Part shown: positions 35,309 to 50,359 of the stretch, piece by piece
Layout of the letters: every line of letters starts with the position of its first letter
How positions within the stretch are numbered: the first letter of the stretch is position 1
Origin: Octopus sinensis
Lineage: Eukaryota
Length of the DNA stretch: 64,000 nucleotides
Reading direction: 5' to 3'
NCBI RefSeq assembly: GCF_006345805.1
Contig: NC_043026.1
Coordinates: 8,866,001 to 8,930,000 of the forward strand
Notes under the pieces: generated by a model
What the model saw: the letters and a program-made list of their open reading frames with translations, nothing else
The model's database searches: none
What the model was told of the DNA's origin: nothing
Program-made: the position numbers and the translations under genes

Positions 35309-35476
35309 GGAAATGTCTTTATAAAGGATGGTGTTGTTGTTGGAAGTGCGTCAGGTGGTTGAGAAATCTATTACAAATGTGTTTAGGAGTGAATTGAGAG
35401 AAATTCTGGCACCAGACTTCAAATGTTTGTCGTAACGTAATGAATGGAGACGGACGTACGTTTAGTGCGCATGCGT
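35309..35476 (-). promoter_or_regulatory. Putative promoter motif and exon 1 of gene B3
   Basis: Motif at 35466-35476, donor at 35308, acceptor at 33034-33035. Confidence 0.6.
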
Positions 35477-35841
35477 ATGAAATATTGGTTTCAAATTTTG
35501 GCACAACGCCAGCAATATCGGCGGAGGTGTTGGGGGGGGGGCCTAAGTCGCTTACCTTGACCTCAGTAGACAACTAGTATTTATTTTATTGTGTCCCGCC
35601 CCAGCAAAGATATTAAAGGCAAAGTCGACCTCGTCGTAATTTACGCATATATACATAAATATCGATGTAGGCACAACACGTGCACCCCACCGATGTCTGG
35701 GTGTTTTTTTTTTAGGGGGGGGGGGGTCCCAAAAACGTTTTCGGATTCTGATATCATCGATATAGAATACGATTTTGCCAAAATATCGCGTTTTCGTAGA
35801 ACACCTATTTACTGTATCTGTAGAAAAACGGCCGTTGAAGA

Positions 35842-37034
35842 AAATATCTTACAAATATCTTACAAATATCTTACAAACTATAGAATTTTCTCAATAAAGC
35901 CAAGAGGAAAAGATGTTTTATGTAACACATTCTACCAGTATACGAAGTTTAAAATTTTTTAGTTACCTAGAAATTATGTTAAAAACTGCCGTTCAAACAG
36001 AAAAGATCCCCAATCTTTTTCTTAAACGAGGGACATATTCATACGGCACAGAATGTTTTTTTTACCTCAATAGACGTGAGTGATTGGTTGAAATTGCCGA
36101 AATGCTTGAAATTAAAGACGAAATATCTTACAAACTACACAATTTTCTCAATAAAGCCAAGAGGAAAAGATGTTTTATGTAACACATTCTACCAGTATAC
36201 GAAGTTTAAAACTTTTTAGTTACCTAGAAATTATGTTAAAAACTGCCGTTCAAACAGAAAAGATCCCCAATCTGTTTCTTAAACAAGGGACATATTCATA
36301 CGGCACAGAATGTTTTTTTACCTCAATAGACGTGAGTGATTGGTTGAAATTGCCGAAATGCTTGAAATTAAAGACGAAATATCTTACAAACTACACAATT
36401 TTCTCAATAAAGCCAAGAGGAAAAGATGTTTTATGTAACACATTCTACCAGTATACGAAGTTTAAAACTTTTTAGTTACCTAGAAATTATGTTAAAAACT
36501 GCCGTTCAAACAGAAAAGATCCCCAATCTGTTTCTTAAACAAGGGACATATTCATACGGCACAGAATGTTTTTTTACCTCAATAGACGTGAGTGATTGGT
36601 TGAAATTGCCGAAATGCTTGAAATTAAAGACGAAATATCTTACAAACTACACAATTTTCTCAATAAAGCCAAGAGGAAAAGATGTTTTATGTAACACATT
36701 CTACCAGTATACGAAGTTTAAAACTTTTTAGTTACCTAGAAATTATGTTAAAAACTGCCGTTCAAACAGAAAAGATCCCCAATCTGTTTCTTAAACAAGG
36801 GACATATTCATACGGCACAGAATGTTTTTTTACCTCAATAGACGTGAGTGATTGGTTGAAATTGCCGAAATGCTTGAAATTAAAGACGAAATATCTTACA
36901 AACTACACAATTTTCTCAATAAAGCCAAGAGGAAAAGATGTTTTATGTAACACATTCTACCAGTATACGAAGTTTAAAACTTTTTAGTTACCTAGAAATT
37001 ATGATAAAAACTGCCGTTCAAACAGAAAAGATCC
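35842..37034. repeat. 256-bp VNTR, 4 full monomers plus partial (unit 4)
   Basis: Anchors 35913, 36170, 36426, 36682, 36938. Confidence 0.98.
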
Positions 37035-37201
37035 ATAAACTTTGCCTTTCACATTTTTCTGCTGGGGTTCAATAAAATAAATACCAGTTGACTACTCGGG
37101 TCCATGAAATCGACTGACACTTGACCCTCCCCGAAATTTCTGGTTTTCTACCAAAATCTTTAAAAAACAAAAGAAAAAAAGAAGAAAAACCAGTTTTTCA
37201 T

Positions 37202-37363
37202 ACGCATGCGCACTAAGCGTATTTCCGCCTCCATTCATTCATTTTAACAAACTTGATTTCAGTCGAAATTTCTCTCAATTCACTCCCAAACACATTTATA
37301 ATACATTTCTCAACTACCTGACGCACTTCTAACAACAACACCATCCTTTTTTAAACCATTTCC
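37202..37363 (+). promoter_or_regulatory. Putative promoter motif and exon 1 of gene A4
   Basis: Motif at 37202, donor at 37364, acceptor ending at 38928. Confidence 0.6.
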
Positions 37364-37923
37364 GTAAGTATTAAACTATTTAATTTCTAAATACTTCCTG
37401 TCTCAGATGTCCTTTGATTCGTGCGACATTTGGCTGCTATTTCTAGCTATGGAGGCTACCTTCTACACTTTCCATCATTTTCCCACGTTTCTTGTGTTTT
37501 CACTGTGGATAAATGCCAGAAACGGCCTCAGACTCACCGATATTTTAAATCGTAAACAGAAGCAACCAGGGGCGAAGAATAGGGTTGAAAAAAATCATAA
37601 ATGTGTTTATGAAGAGAAAAACTTCAAAAGATGGGAAAGTGAAACGAGGAGGGTTGTCTTAGGACGTGCTAGAAACAACAGCCAAATCTCCCTTAAATCA
37701 CACTTTTTCCTTTGAAAATATTTACAATATTTTATTTTTTTGTTACCGAAAAGGTTTCTCCCATCGTTTTTAAGGGCAAAAATATGTTTTTTTGTTTTTT
37801 TTTCAAGTGAAAAGTGAAGGGGCTGGTGGTAAATGAAATTTTGAAAATGCGATTTTTCGAAAAAAGTTTTTTCAGGATCGGATCCTCCATAACCAAAAAG
37901 TGGGATTCCGTAAAAAACAAAAG

Positions 37924-37969
<46 letters not shown>

Positions 37970-38673
37970 CAAAATGGGACAAGAACGCAAAACATCCAAA
38001 TAGACGATACAAAAAACACGGACGGGTCATTGGAAGCCTTCTTCAGTCAAGAACCGGATCATCCTCGCAATCCATTTTACCCTAACTTATGACGGAAAAA
38101 TCGGATCTTGTAAATTTTCCGAAAGTCCCCCACCCCCCGGGTCGTTAGCGCAGTTTTTTTTTCATTTTCGTTTTCTACATAGTTACGGACAAAACCCTTT
38201 GTAACTTTCGTCCTGTGTTTTGTCCCTTTATGTTTTAATTGATTTTTGTTAGCCCTTGTGGCCAATAAACGAACGAATTATTATTATTATTATTATTTTG
38301 TTGTCTTTGAACGACGATAATTTCCTGAAACAGTGATTCTGTTATAATGGTTTCAATGCATTTAGGGAAGGCCATTTGCTTAGCTGATGTACTTTTTGTA
38401 GGCATTTAAACAAGAGGTCTATAATTCCCCTATTCATCAATTTCACAATATCATCATCATCATCATCGTTTAGCATCCGTTTTCCATGCTAGCATGGGTT
38501 GGACGGTTCAACTGGGGTCTGGGAAGCCAGAAGGCTGCACCAGGCCCAGTCTGATATGGTAAAGTTTCTACGGCTGGATGCCCTTCCTAACGCCAACCAC
38601 TCCGTGAGTGTAGTGGGTGCTTTTTATGTGCCAGACGAGTCTGGCAAACAGCCATGCCCGGATGGTGCTTTTT

Positions 38674-38719
<46 letters not shown>

Positions 38720-39251
38720 TATGAATGTTGTGCAGTAGGAATGTGTAACTGGAATTTAGAAATATGTTAACTTCACACAAGATTTTCTGATGTAAATTTT
38801 AATAAATTAAAAAAGTTCTGTTGTTCAGGGAAATGTTTATTTCTAGAGTTTATCTTTATGGAAACGTTGAATCTGTATTTTTTTCAGTAGCCTCTATATC
38901 TTACACTGTTGTTTCTTTATTATTTCAGAATATCAGATGACATTGGCATAACTGAAGATACATTCTCATTATTTATCATCTTTTAAAGACCAAAATGAAA
39001 ATATTGTACAGAACAGATATATAAGATTGTTTCTACAAATCTGTGGTGGAATTCCTCTGATATATTTACTCTGAAATGTGTTATTAGCAAATCTTCTGGA
39101 CATCACTGGCTGGAGTGTCTACAAGATGTGTCTCTTTGCAAATTAAACTTGGGTAAATTTACTAACGAGTTTTGGGACAAAGGTAACAGTGGACAGAAAT
39201 ACAGCAGTCGAAATACTTGCAAACAAAAGACTATAGAAGTACAAAGAAGAA

Positions 39252-39299
<48 letters not shown>

Positions 39300-39347
39300 G
39301 AGAAACTAAAGGATCTGACTTTTCCAGAAGAAAAAGGGAAACAAAAA

Positions 39348-40790
39348 TTGTCACATGACTGTGATGTGTGTAAAAAGTCCTTCTCTGAAAAGGGTAACTT
39401 GTATAAGCACAAACGTATTCATACGGTAGAGAAGCCATTTCATTGTGACAACTGTGGTAAATCATTCTCTCAAAAGGGTCGCTTGAATATGCACAAGCGT
39501 ATTCATACAGGGGAGAAACCATTTCACTGTGACACCTGTGGTAAATCATTCTCTCAAAATAATAACTTGACTAAACACAAACGTATTCATACTGGAGAGA
39601 AGCCTTATCGTTGTGATGTCTGTGGTAAATCATTCTCTGACCGAAGTGATTTAAATTCTCACAAGCGTATTCATACAGGAGAGACACCGTATTCTTGTGA
39701 TATCTGTGGTAAATCATTCACTCAAAGTGGGAACTTAGCTAAACACAAACGTTTCCATACAGGAGAGAAGCTATATCAGTGCAACATCTGTGGCAAATCT
39801 TTCTCTGCCAGTAGGAACCTAACTACTCATAAACGTATTCATACAGGAGAGAAGCCATATCAGTGCAACATCTGTGGCAAATCTTTCTCTTCCTGTAGTA
39901 ACATAACTAAACACAGACGTATTCATACAGGAGAGACACCACATTCTTGTGACATCTGTGGTACATCATTCTCTCAAAGTGGGAGTTTAAATGCTCACAA
40001 ACGTATTCATACAGGAGAGAAGCTGTATTACTGCGACATCTGTGGCAAATCTTTCTCTCTTAGTAGTAACCTAACTACACATAAGCGTATTCATACAGGA
40101 GAGAAGCCCTATCACTGTGATGTCTGTGGTACATCATTCTCTCAAAGTGGGAACTTAACTGCTCACAAACGTATTCATACAGGAGAGAAGCTGTATCAGT
40201 GCGACATCTGTGGCAAATCTTTCTCTCTTAGTACGAACCTAACTAGACATAAGCGTATTCATACAGGAGAGAAGCCCTATCACTGTGATGTCTGTGGTAC
40301 ATCATTCTCTGTCCAAAGTGTTTTAAAATCTCACAAACATGATCATAGAGGAGAGAAGCCATTTCACTGTGATGTCTGTGGTAAATCATTCTTTCAAAAA
40401 GGTAACTTGACTACACACAAACGTATTCATACAGGGGAGAGACCATATTCTTGTGATATCTGTGGTAAATCATTCTCTGAAAGTGGCAGCCTAACTACTC
40501 ATAAACGTATTCATACAGGAGAGACACCATATCACTGTGATATCTGTGGTAAATCATTCTCTGACCAAAGTGCTTCCATTTCTCACAAACGTATTCATAC
40601 AGGAGAGACACCATATTCTTGTGATATCTGTGGTAGGTCATTCACTCAACATGGCAGCTTAACTTCTCACAAACGTATCCATACAGGAGAGAAGCCATAT
40701 CCTTGTGATATCTGTGGAAGGTCATTCACTCAACGTGGCAACTTAACTTCTCACAAACGTGTTCATCAGGGGAAGAAGCAATCCCACTGA
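39348..40790 (+). CDS. C2H2 ZNF A4, 17 fingers; start codon uncertain (listed start is TTG)
   Basis: 480-aa open frame, nearly identical to the finger region of A3. Confidence 0.85.
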   Translation: MSHDCDVCKKSFSEKGNLYKHKRIHTVEKPFHCDNCGKSFSQKGRLNMHKRIHTGEKPFHCDTCGKSFSQNNNLTKHKRIHTGEKPYRCDVCGKSFSDRSDLNSHKRIHTGETPYSCDICGKSFTQSGNLAKHKRFHTGEKLYQCNICGKSFSASRNLTTHKRIHTGEKPYQCNICGKSFSSCSNITKHRRIHTGETPHSCDICGTSFSQSGSLNAHKRIHTGEKLYYCDICGKSFSLSSNLTTHKRIHTGEKPYHCDVCGTSFSQSGNLTAHKRIHTGEKLYQCDICGKSFSLSTNLTRHKRIHTGEKPYHCDVCGTSFSVQSVLKSHKHDHRGEKPFHCDVCGKSFFQKGNLTTHKRIHTGERPYSCDICGKSFSESGSLTTHKRIHTGETPYHCDICGKSFSDQSASISHKRIHTGETPYSCDICGRSFTQHGSLTSHKRIHTGEKPYPCDICGRSFTQRGNLTSHKRVHQGKKQSH

Positions 40791-43700
40791 TATTTGTGCT
40801 AAATCATAATCTGTAAGGGGTGACTGAACCCTTTACCATGCAGATTATTCTGTCGAATGTGAGGGTTATTTATTCACATAATTTTCAATTTGTCCTGCAT
40901 TAACCCACAGCTTTCAAATTTTGATGATATGATTGTGTATTTTCACAATGACATTGTAGGGTAGGTGTAAGAAGCCGACTCTGACTAGTTTGATCATAAA
41001 ATAGGTAGAACATTTATGCCAGATATGGCTGGTTTAAATTCTAAAGAGTGGACAGTAGATGTACCAACACTTCTTACTTCTCACAAGGACCATAAGGGGC
41101 CATTATTGACTGCCATTGAAAATATTTCATCATCATCATTTAACGTCCGTTTTCCATGCTAGCATGGGTTGGACGGTTCAACTGGGGTCTGGGAAGCCCG
41201 AAGGCTGCACCAGGTTGTCTGATCTGGCAGTGTTTCTACAGCTGGATGCCCTTCCTAATGCCAACCACTCCATGAGTGTAGTGGGTGCTTTTTACGTGCC
41301 ACCTGCACAGGTGCCAGACGAGGCTGGCAAACGGCCACGATCGGATATTTTAAATACAGTCCTGCCCTGTCTCACTGTAGCATTGCTCTCCGCTAGTCCT
41401 GACCTGTATGTTCCACCCCCATTCCCTGTCTTACTGTATTATTGCTACTGGCTTGCCCTCAACCTATGTCTTCCACCCACATGTAACAAGAAAACTTTTT
41501 ACACACCCTACCCCCAACAAACCAATCTACATCTCTTCTTCACATTCCTTCCATACACTATGCCTACCTCTCACTCCCCCAATCCTGTCCTCATGGTGCT
41601 GTTCCTCTGTATCATTGCTATCCGGTAGCACCCTGACCCTATATAATACCCAGGTTGTCATCACTCAACACACCCTACACTCTAATCATGCTTCCTTTGC
41701 AGTATCCTATTCCTTTACTCCCCACAAGGGGCTAAACACAGAGGGGACAAACGGATTAAGTCGATTACATCGACCCCAGTGCATAACTGGTACTTATTTA
41801 ATGGACCTCGGCGGAATTTGAACTCAGAGCCCAACGGCAGGCGAAATACCGCCTTTGCAGTATCCTGTCCCTTATATTATGACGTTTAAACCCCAAGGTT
41901 GTGCCCTGGCACTTGCCACCATCTATATCTCTTTCTTCCTTTACTCAAGGATCCCCATTTATGTTCTGATCCCCTCCCTAGTGAATACGCCCATCATTTA
42001 GCCACTATATCCATCGTGTTGTCTCCCACCCTCTATCACCTTCTCCTGCTTTTCCCTCGGGCTGGGTAACCATGTATCTCCTTTGTGGCGGCACACCCGT
42101 TTCTGTCTTCATCCTGATCTCTCTCTCTGGCCTGGTAAACTTGTACTTCCTCTACAGCAACGGACAGATCTCAACAACAGATGCTGCCCAACAAACAGAA
42201 CCAAGCCATGAAGATGCTACAGAATTTCAACTGTGATACAACTCCCACTGTTCCAGATAGAGTTTGTTAAAACTTGCCAAACCTGTTACTTCACAATTTG
42301 TAAGAAATTTGCCATGTATTTTTATAAAGAGTTGTAATAAATAATAGTTGCCTTCAATTTACCTGGTTCTTCTTGTCATTCTTTTATATAAAGGTAACTC
42401 CAGGCACACAAACTAGACCAGCCACAGTTAACTCGCCAGCAAAACTCATAACCAATGCTACAGAATTTCAACTGTGATACAACTTCCACTATTCCAGATC
42501 GAGTTTGTTAAAATTTCTGACGGTTCAACTGGGGTCTGGGAAACCAGAAGGCTGCACTAGGCCCAGTCTGATCTGACAAAGTTTCTACAGCTGGATGCCC
42601 TTCCTAATGCCAACCACTCCGTTAGTGTAGTGGTTGCTTTCACGTGCCACTGGCACGGAGGCCAAACGATGCTGGCAACAGCTACAATCGGATGGTGCTT
42701 TTTACGTGCAACCTGCACGGAGGACAGACGGGCTGCGCTGGCAGCGGCCACGTTCAGATGGTTCCTTTGTGTGTGTATATGTATATATACTACTCGTAGT
42801 AATACCTGTCATTAATTGGGTAATTGCTTTTATTCTTTCTTGAGAGCCCCATTCAAAGTATTATTATATGTATAGTTTACCCCTCCTGTATGTGTGTATT
42901 TTATAAGAGAAAAATGAAATAACTGAAGTAGGAAAAAGACCAGTTTCATACACAGGCTTCTGTTTTATTTATCAAAACACTAATGGCAATTATATACTCC
43001 TTACTCTTTTACTTGTTTCAGTCATTGACTTTGAGTAAGTCCTCAACACCACCGTCTTCCTTTCAAGCTCTTTTAACCATTTTTTGGGAGCTGTCAAGTC
43101 CCACACAAGAAATTCCTTTGCCATTTCAACACAAAGTTCAATTACAGTTCAAAATGTAAGAAAATAAAACAAGACACAAAAAAAGAAGGGAAGAAATAAA
43201 ATAAAAAATAACAGTTCAAAAAAGAGTTCTTTTATTTTTTTAAATAAACGAAAGCTTTGAAGAAGAGAGTTCAAATCCAGGCAAAGAAATAAATTAATTT
43301 TCGGCCGAAAAGGTACTCCTGGCCAAATGTACATAGGTTCCTTGGTATGAATCGTCTTTACCCGTAATTGGTAAAAGAAATCCAAACACAATACTGGCTA
43401 CAGCCAACGGTAACTGTACCAGGTTCTAATCATTCGGGCGAGGATACGTCCCTCCACTGCTTTTTTTTTTTTTTAATGAATCCAAAATATTCCCACTAAA
43501 TTCACAAAACAGCAGCAGGCGAAATTTGTTAACAAAAAATAACAATATAACAAATTACACCCAGCTCAGATAAAACAAAATCACTGGCCTCGACAACCTT
43601 CTCTGTTTTTGTTCTTTTTTCTTGTAATTGTCCAGAGCCAAAACACTCACGTCCACCTTGCAAAAACAGTCCTTCCTGCCTTGTACTCCTTGGTAATCCA

Positions 43701-44324
43701 CAGACACGAAGATAATTTTCGCAAAGAAATTAATTTTTGCGGAGGGGCTATGCCTCCTCGAAAACACAATTCTCACTGCAAAGTGAGTCTTTATAGGCGG
43801 CCACAGGCAGGCAAATGTCTGGAGCAGATTGGAGTCTATTACTCACCAAAAAATATTAAATACAGGGCAACAAACTCCACTAAACCCTCAAAATATACGA
43901 CAAACGCCTACCTGTAGTCGAGCCTCAAAGTTCAATATTTCACGACGAAAGACGTGACATCAAGCAGCAAGAACTCTCTGCCAAAAACAAACACATCTGT
44001 CTCCGACAAAGGTAAGCAAGCTACTTACCACACAACTACTCCTGTTTACTCAATTTGAAAACTCTTTGTATTGTCTTTTGTCTCCTGTGTCTGTGTGTGT
44101 GCGCCTAAGTTCATATATGAGTAGTGTCCCTTTAATATCACGCAAAAATTGATAAAAATTTGAGAATTAAAATTAAATATCTTTTTTCTAATTGATAGAA
44201 TTTTACTAAACCTTTGGATGGCAAATTGAAAATAATGTGAATATATAAACATCGCATTCGACAGAATAACGTACATGGTAAAGGGTTTCAGTAACCCCTT
44301 AGAGATTATGATTTAGTTTAAATA

Positions 44325-45329
44325 TTAGTGGGATTGCTTCTTCCCCTTATGAACACATTTGTGAGAAGTTAAGCTGCTATGTTGAGTAAATGACCTTCCA
44401 CAGATATCACAAGAATATGGTGTCTCTCCTGTATGAATACGTTTATGGGTCATTAGGTTACTACTGGTAGAGAAAGATTTATTACAGACATCACAAGAAT
44501 ATGGTGTCTCTCCTGTATGAATACGTTTATGTTTAGCTAAGTTGCCACTTTGAGAGAATGATTTACCACAGATTTCACAGTGAAATAGTGTCTCTCCTGT
44601 ATGAATACGTTTGTGTAAAGTCAAATAAATATTTTGAGAGAATAATTTACCACAGATATCACAAGAATATGGTGTTTCTCCTGTATGAATACGTCTGTGT
44701 CCAGTTAAGTTAGAACTCATGGTGAATGATTTACCACAGATATCACAAGGATATGGTGACTCTCCTGTATGAATACGTTTATGATAAGTTAGAGCACTTT
44801 TACCAGGAAATAATTTACCACAGATATTACAGGAATATGGCTTCTTTCCTGTATGAATACGCTTGTGATTAGTTAAAGCACTTCTATGAGAGAATGATTT
44901 ACCACAGATGTCACATTGAAATGGCTTCTCTCCTGTATGACAATGCTGGTGATTATTTAAAACACTTTGGTCAGAGAATCTTGTACCACAGACACTACAA
45001 TGATATGGTGACTCTCCTGTATGAATACGTTTATGTTGAGTTAGAGCACTGTTATCAGAAAATAATTTGCCACAGATATTACAGGAATATGGCTTCTCTC
45101 CTGTATGAATACGTTTATGTTTAGCTAAGCTGCCACTTTGAGAGAATGATTTACCACAGATTTCACAGTGAAATGGCTTCTCTCCTGTATGAATACGTTT
45201 GTGACTATTTAAGTTACATTTACTTGAGAAAGACTTTTTACACACATCACAGTCATGTGACAATTTTTGTCTCTCTTTTTTGCTAACTTCTGGTAAAATC
45301 TGTTCCTTCACTTTCTCACTCTTTTCCAT
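44325..45329 (-). CDS. C2H2 ZNF B4, 334 aa, 11 fingers, same protein as B3
   Basis: ORF track sequence identical to 31673-32677. Confidence 0.95.
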   Translation of the reverse strand: MEKSEKVKEQILPEVSKKERQKLSHDCDVCKKSFSSKCNLNSHKRIHTGEKPFHCEICGKSFSQSGSLAKHKRIHTGEKPYSCNICGKLFSDNSALTQHKRIHTGESPYHCSVCGTRFSDQSVLNNHQHCHTGEKPFQCDICGKSFSHRSALTNHKRIHTGKKPYSCNICGKLFPGKSALTYHKRIHTGESPYPCDICGKSFTMSSNLTGHRRIHTGETPYSCDICGKLFSQNIYLTLHKRIHTGETLFHCEICGKSFSQSGNLAKHKRIHTGETPYSCDVCNKSFSTSSNLMTHKRIHTGETPYSCDICGRSFTQHSSLTSHKCVHKGKKQSH

Positions 45330-47971
45330 TATTTTTCCTTCAACTTCACAATATACCTTCTTTTTTTATTCTTTTTGCTTCTATAGTCTTTTGTTTACAA
45401 ATATTTCAACTGTTGTATTTCTGGCCACTGTTACCTTTGTCACAAAACAACTAAATTTATCCACATTCAATCTGCAAACAGGCTCATCTTGTAGACACTC
45501 CAGCCAGTGATGTCCAGAAGGTTTGCTAATAACACATTTCAGAGTAAATATATCAGAGGAATTCCACCACAGATTTATAGAAACAATCTTATATATCTGT
45601 TCTGTACAATATTTCCATTTTGGTCTTTAAAAAGCTGATAAATAATGAGAATGTATCTTCAGTTATGCCAATGTCATCTGATATTCTGAAATAATAAAGA
45701 AACAACAGTGTAAGATATGGAGGCTACTTAAAAAAATACAGATTCAACATTTCCATAAAGATAAACTCTAGAAATAAACATTTAACTGAACAACAGAACT
45801 TTCTAATTTATTAATATTTACATCACAAAATCCTGTTTGAAGCTAAAATATTTCTAAACTCCAGCTCCACATTCATAAATACACACACATACACTTTTTT
45901 ACTGGTTTCAGTTGTTTTGACTGTGGTCATGCTGGAGCACCAACTTTAAAGGCTTCAGTCAATAGAATCAATGCTAGGACTTATTTTTTGAGCTTAGCAC
46001 TTATTCTATCAGCCACTTTTGCCAAACCACAGGTTTATGGGGACATAAACACACCAACACTGTTTGTCAAGTGTTGAAGGGGTGGGAGGACAACACACCC
46101 ACATATATATTGGGCTTCCTTCAGTTTCCATCTCCCAAATCCATTCACAAGGCCAGAGGATATTGTAGAAAATGTATGTCTGTGACTAGTTACCTAACAG
46201 CTCACAATTTCTTCTCTTTAATTCCATAAAGGGAAAAAATTACTGGAAATAGTCATTACTCATTTTGCCCCATGAGGAGATTCCACGAATGATTACAAAA
46301 AGTTTATCAGCCAAGCAAATGGCCTTCCCTGAATGCATTGAAAACATTATAACAGAATCACTCTTTCAGGAAATTATCATTGTTCTCTTTGAGTGTGTAG
46401 AAAGAGAAATTTGGCAGAGGCAAGAAAAGGTGAAATTGTCTCTTCAAATTATCCAGAATTACATTTGAAAACAAAGACTCAAACATCAATATCTATCCTT
46501 CGACATCTTAAAGATCAGAAATGCAAAAAGCTATTTAAGTATCGAATTCAAATGAAAGAGAATCAGAGAAAAATTGCAAATGATGTGAAATTAATGAATA
46601 TCGAATAAATGGGGGGAAAAAATCAACATAAAATATCATCAACAGTTTCTTCAAGATCTCTTCGTGGTTAGGGCAGCGGACTCGCGGTCGTAGGATTGCG
46701 GTTTCGATTCCCAGACCGGGCGTTGTGAGTGTTTATTGAGCGAAAACACCAAAAAGCTCCACGAGGCCCCGGCAGGGGATGGTGGTGATCCCTGCTGTAC
46801 TCTTTCACCACAACTTTCTCTCACTCTTACTTCCTGTTTCTGTTGTACCTGTATTTCAAAGGGCCGGCCTTGTCACTCTGTGTCACGCTGAATGTCCCCG
46901 AGAACTACGTTAAGGGTACACGTGTTTGTGGAGTGCTCATCGTCGTAACCGACGGAGTGCTTCCATCCACTAACAAGAGATTATTGAAAGTAGTCATTAC
47001 TCATTTTGCCCCATCTTAGTCATAATTTTTGATAATTGAAAATTACCAAATTAGACACTAAACGGGGGTTAAAAATTGATCTGGAATCTAAGAGAGAGAA
47101 GAATATTGATGGTTAAACACCGAACATCATCCAGATAATTTATTAGTAACCTCGATTATTATCGGATTGAGAGTTGAGGGAAAATTTCTTGATATTAAAA
47201 AGGACCTGCAACTCCAACAACTATAAGGACAAATTCCCAGTCCTAAATATATATTTCTTTACTCACCACAAGGGGCTAGACACTGAGGGGACAAACAAGG
47301 CCAGAAAAACGGATTAAGTCGATTATATCGACCCCGAAAGGATGAAAGGCAAAGTCGACCCCGGCGGAATTTGAACTCAGAACGTAACGGCAGACGAAAT
47401 ATCTATTTTTTTACTGCCCACAAGGGGCTAAACACAGAGGGAGAAACAAGGACAGACATAGGTATTAAGTCGATGACATCGACCCCAGTGCGTAACTGGT
47501 ACTTTATTTATCGACCCCGCCGGAATTTAAACTCAGAACGTAACGGCAGACGAAATACGTCCACGCATTTCGCCCGGGGTGTTAACCCTTCTGCCAGCTC
47601 GCCGCCATCACCAGTCCTAAAATATAATGTAGCAATACTCACAAAAATCATAAATCCAAACAAATTAGGAGAAACGGGAAAATACTCATTTTGCCCCGCT
47701 TACTAATTATGTCCCTTACCTTATATCAAGAAACAAGGGTTCGATAAATTATGATAAAGCATTGGATTCTCAGCATTTCTGTGGTTGGAGTTTATTTTAA
47801 GAACATTTCTCCACCTAAAACACACAACAAACAAACTTAAAGAAGAAACGATGGAGCGTGTAGGAGGCTGCCGCCATAGCTAGAAATAGCAGCGAAATGT
47901 GGAACAGATCAAAGGACATCTGAGACACCAAAGTATTAAAAGATTAAATGTTTTCGTTGTTTAATACTTAC

Positions 47972-48139
47972 GGAAATGTCTTTATAAAGGATGGTGTTGT
48001 TGTTAGATGTGCGTCAGGTGGTTGAGAAATCTATTACAAATGTGTTTGGGAGTGAATTGAGAGAAATTCTGGCACCAGACATCAAATGTTTGTCGTAACG
48101 TAATGAATGGAGACGGACGTACGTTTAGTGCGCATGCGT
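47972..48139 (-). promoter_or_regulatory. Putative promoter motif and exon 1 of gene B4
   Basis: Motif at 48129-48139, donor at 47971, acceptor at 45686-45687. Confidence 0.6.
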
Positions 48140-48499
48140 ATGAAATATTGGTTTCAAATTTTGGCACAACGCCAGCAATATCGGCGGAAGTGTTGGGGGG
48201 GGGCTAAGTCGCTTACCTTGACCCAGTAGACAACTAGTATTTATTTTATTGTGTCCCGCCCCAGCAAAGATATTAAAGGCAAAGTCGACCTCGTCGTAAT
48301 TTACGCATATATACATAAATATCGATGTAGGCACAACACGTGCACCCCACCGATGTCTGGGTGTTTTTTTTGGGGGGGCGGGGGTCCCAAAAATGTTTTC
48401 GGATTCTGATATCATCGATATAGAATACGATTTTGGCAAACTATCGCGTTTTCGTAGAACACCTATTTACTGTATCTGTAGAAAAACGGCCGTTGAAGA

Positions 48500-49424
48500 A
48501 AATATCTTACAAATATCTTACAAACTACAGAATTTTCTCAATAAAGCCAAAAGGAAAAGGTGTTTTATGTAACACATTCTACCAGTATACGAAGTTTAAA
48601 ATTTTTTAGTTACCTAGAAATTATGTTAAAAACTGCCGTTCAAACAGAAAAGATCCCCAATCTTTTTCTTAAACGAGGGACATATTCATACGGCACAGAA
48701 TGTTTTTTTACCTCAATAGACGTGAGTGATTGGTTGAAATTGCCGAAATGCTTGAAATTAAAGACGAAATATCTTACAAACTACAGAATTTTCTCAATAA
48801 AGCCAAGAGGAAAAGATGTTTTATGTAACACATTCTACCAGTATACGAAGTTTAAAACTTTTTAGTTACCTAGAAATTATGTTAAAAACTGCCGTTCAAA
48901 CAGAAAAGATCCCCAATCTGTTTCTTAAACAAGGGACATATTCATACGGCACAGAATGTTTTTTTACCTCAATAGACGTGAGTGATTGGTTGAAATTGCC
49001 GAAATGCTTGAAATTAAAGACGAAATATCTTACAAACTACAGAATTTTCTCAATAAAGCCAAAAGGAAAAGGTGTTTTATGTAACACATTCTACCAGTAT
49101 ACGAAGTTTAAAATTTTTTAGTTACCTAGAAATTATGTTAAAAACTGCCGTTCAAACAGAAAAGATCCCCAATCTTTTTCTTAAACGAGGGACATATTCA
49201 TACGGCACAGAATGTTTTTTTACCTCAATAGACGTGAGTGATTGGTTGAAATTGCCGAAATGCTTGAAATTAAAGACGAAATATCTTACAAACTACAGAA
49301 TTTTCTCAATGAAGCCAACAAGAAAAGATGTTTTATGTAACACATTCTACCAGTATACGAAGTTTAAAACTTTTTAGTTACCTAGAAATTATGTTAAAAA
49401 CTGCCGTTCAAACAGAAAAGATCC
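48500..49424. repeat. 256-bp VNTR, 3 full monomers plus partial (unit 5)
   Basis: Anchors 48560, 48816, 49072, 49328. Confidence 0.98.
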
Positions 49425-49591
49425 ATAAACTTTGCCTTTCACCTTTTTCTGCTAGGGTTCAATAAAATAAATACCAGTTGACTACTCGGGTCCATGAAAT
49501 CGACTGACACTTGACCCTCCCCGAAATTTCTGGATTTCTACCAAAATCTTTAAAAAACAAAAGAAAAAAAGAAGAAAAACCAGTATTTCAT

Positions 49592-49753
49592 ACGCATGCG
49601 CACTAAGCGTATTTCCGCCTCCATTCATTCATTTTAACAAACTTGATTTCAGTCGGAATTTCTCTCAATTCACTCCCAAACACATTTATAATACATTTCT
49701 CAACCACCTGGCGCACTTCTAACAACAACACCATCCTTTTTTAAACCATTTCC
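49592..49753 (+). promoter_or_regulatory. Putative promoter motif and exon 1 of gene A5
   Basis: Motif at 49592, donor at 49754, acceptor ending at 51326. Confidence 0.6.
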
Positions 49754-50313
49754 GTAAGTATTAAACTATTTAATTTCTAAATACTTCCTGTCTCAGATGT
49801 CCTTTGATTTGTGCGACATTTGGCTGCTATTTCTAGCTATGGAGGCTACCTTCTACACTTTCCATCATTTTCCCACGTTTCTTGTGTTTTCACTGTGGAT
49901 AAATGCCAGAAACGGCCTCAGACTCACCGATATTTTAAATCGTAAACAGAAGCAACCAGGGGCGAAGAATAGGGTTGAAAAAAATCATAAATGTGTTTAT
50001 GAAGAGAAAAACTTCAAAAGATGGGAAAGTGAAACGAGGAGGGTTGTCTTAGGATGTGCTAGAAACAACAGCCAAATCTCCCTTAAATCACACTTTTTCC
50101 TTTGAAAATATTTACAATATTTTATTTTTTTGTTACCGAAAAGGTTTCTCCCATCGTTTTTAAGGGCAAAAATATGTTTGTTTTTTTTTTTTTTCAAGTG
50201 AAAAGTGAAGGGGCTGGTGGTAAATGAAATTTTGAGAATGCGATTTTTCAAAAAAGTTTTTTCAGAATCGGATCCTCCATAACCAAAAAGTGGGATTCCG
50301 TAAAAAAAAACAG

Positions 50314-50359
<46 letters not shown>
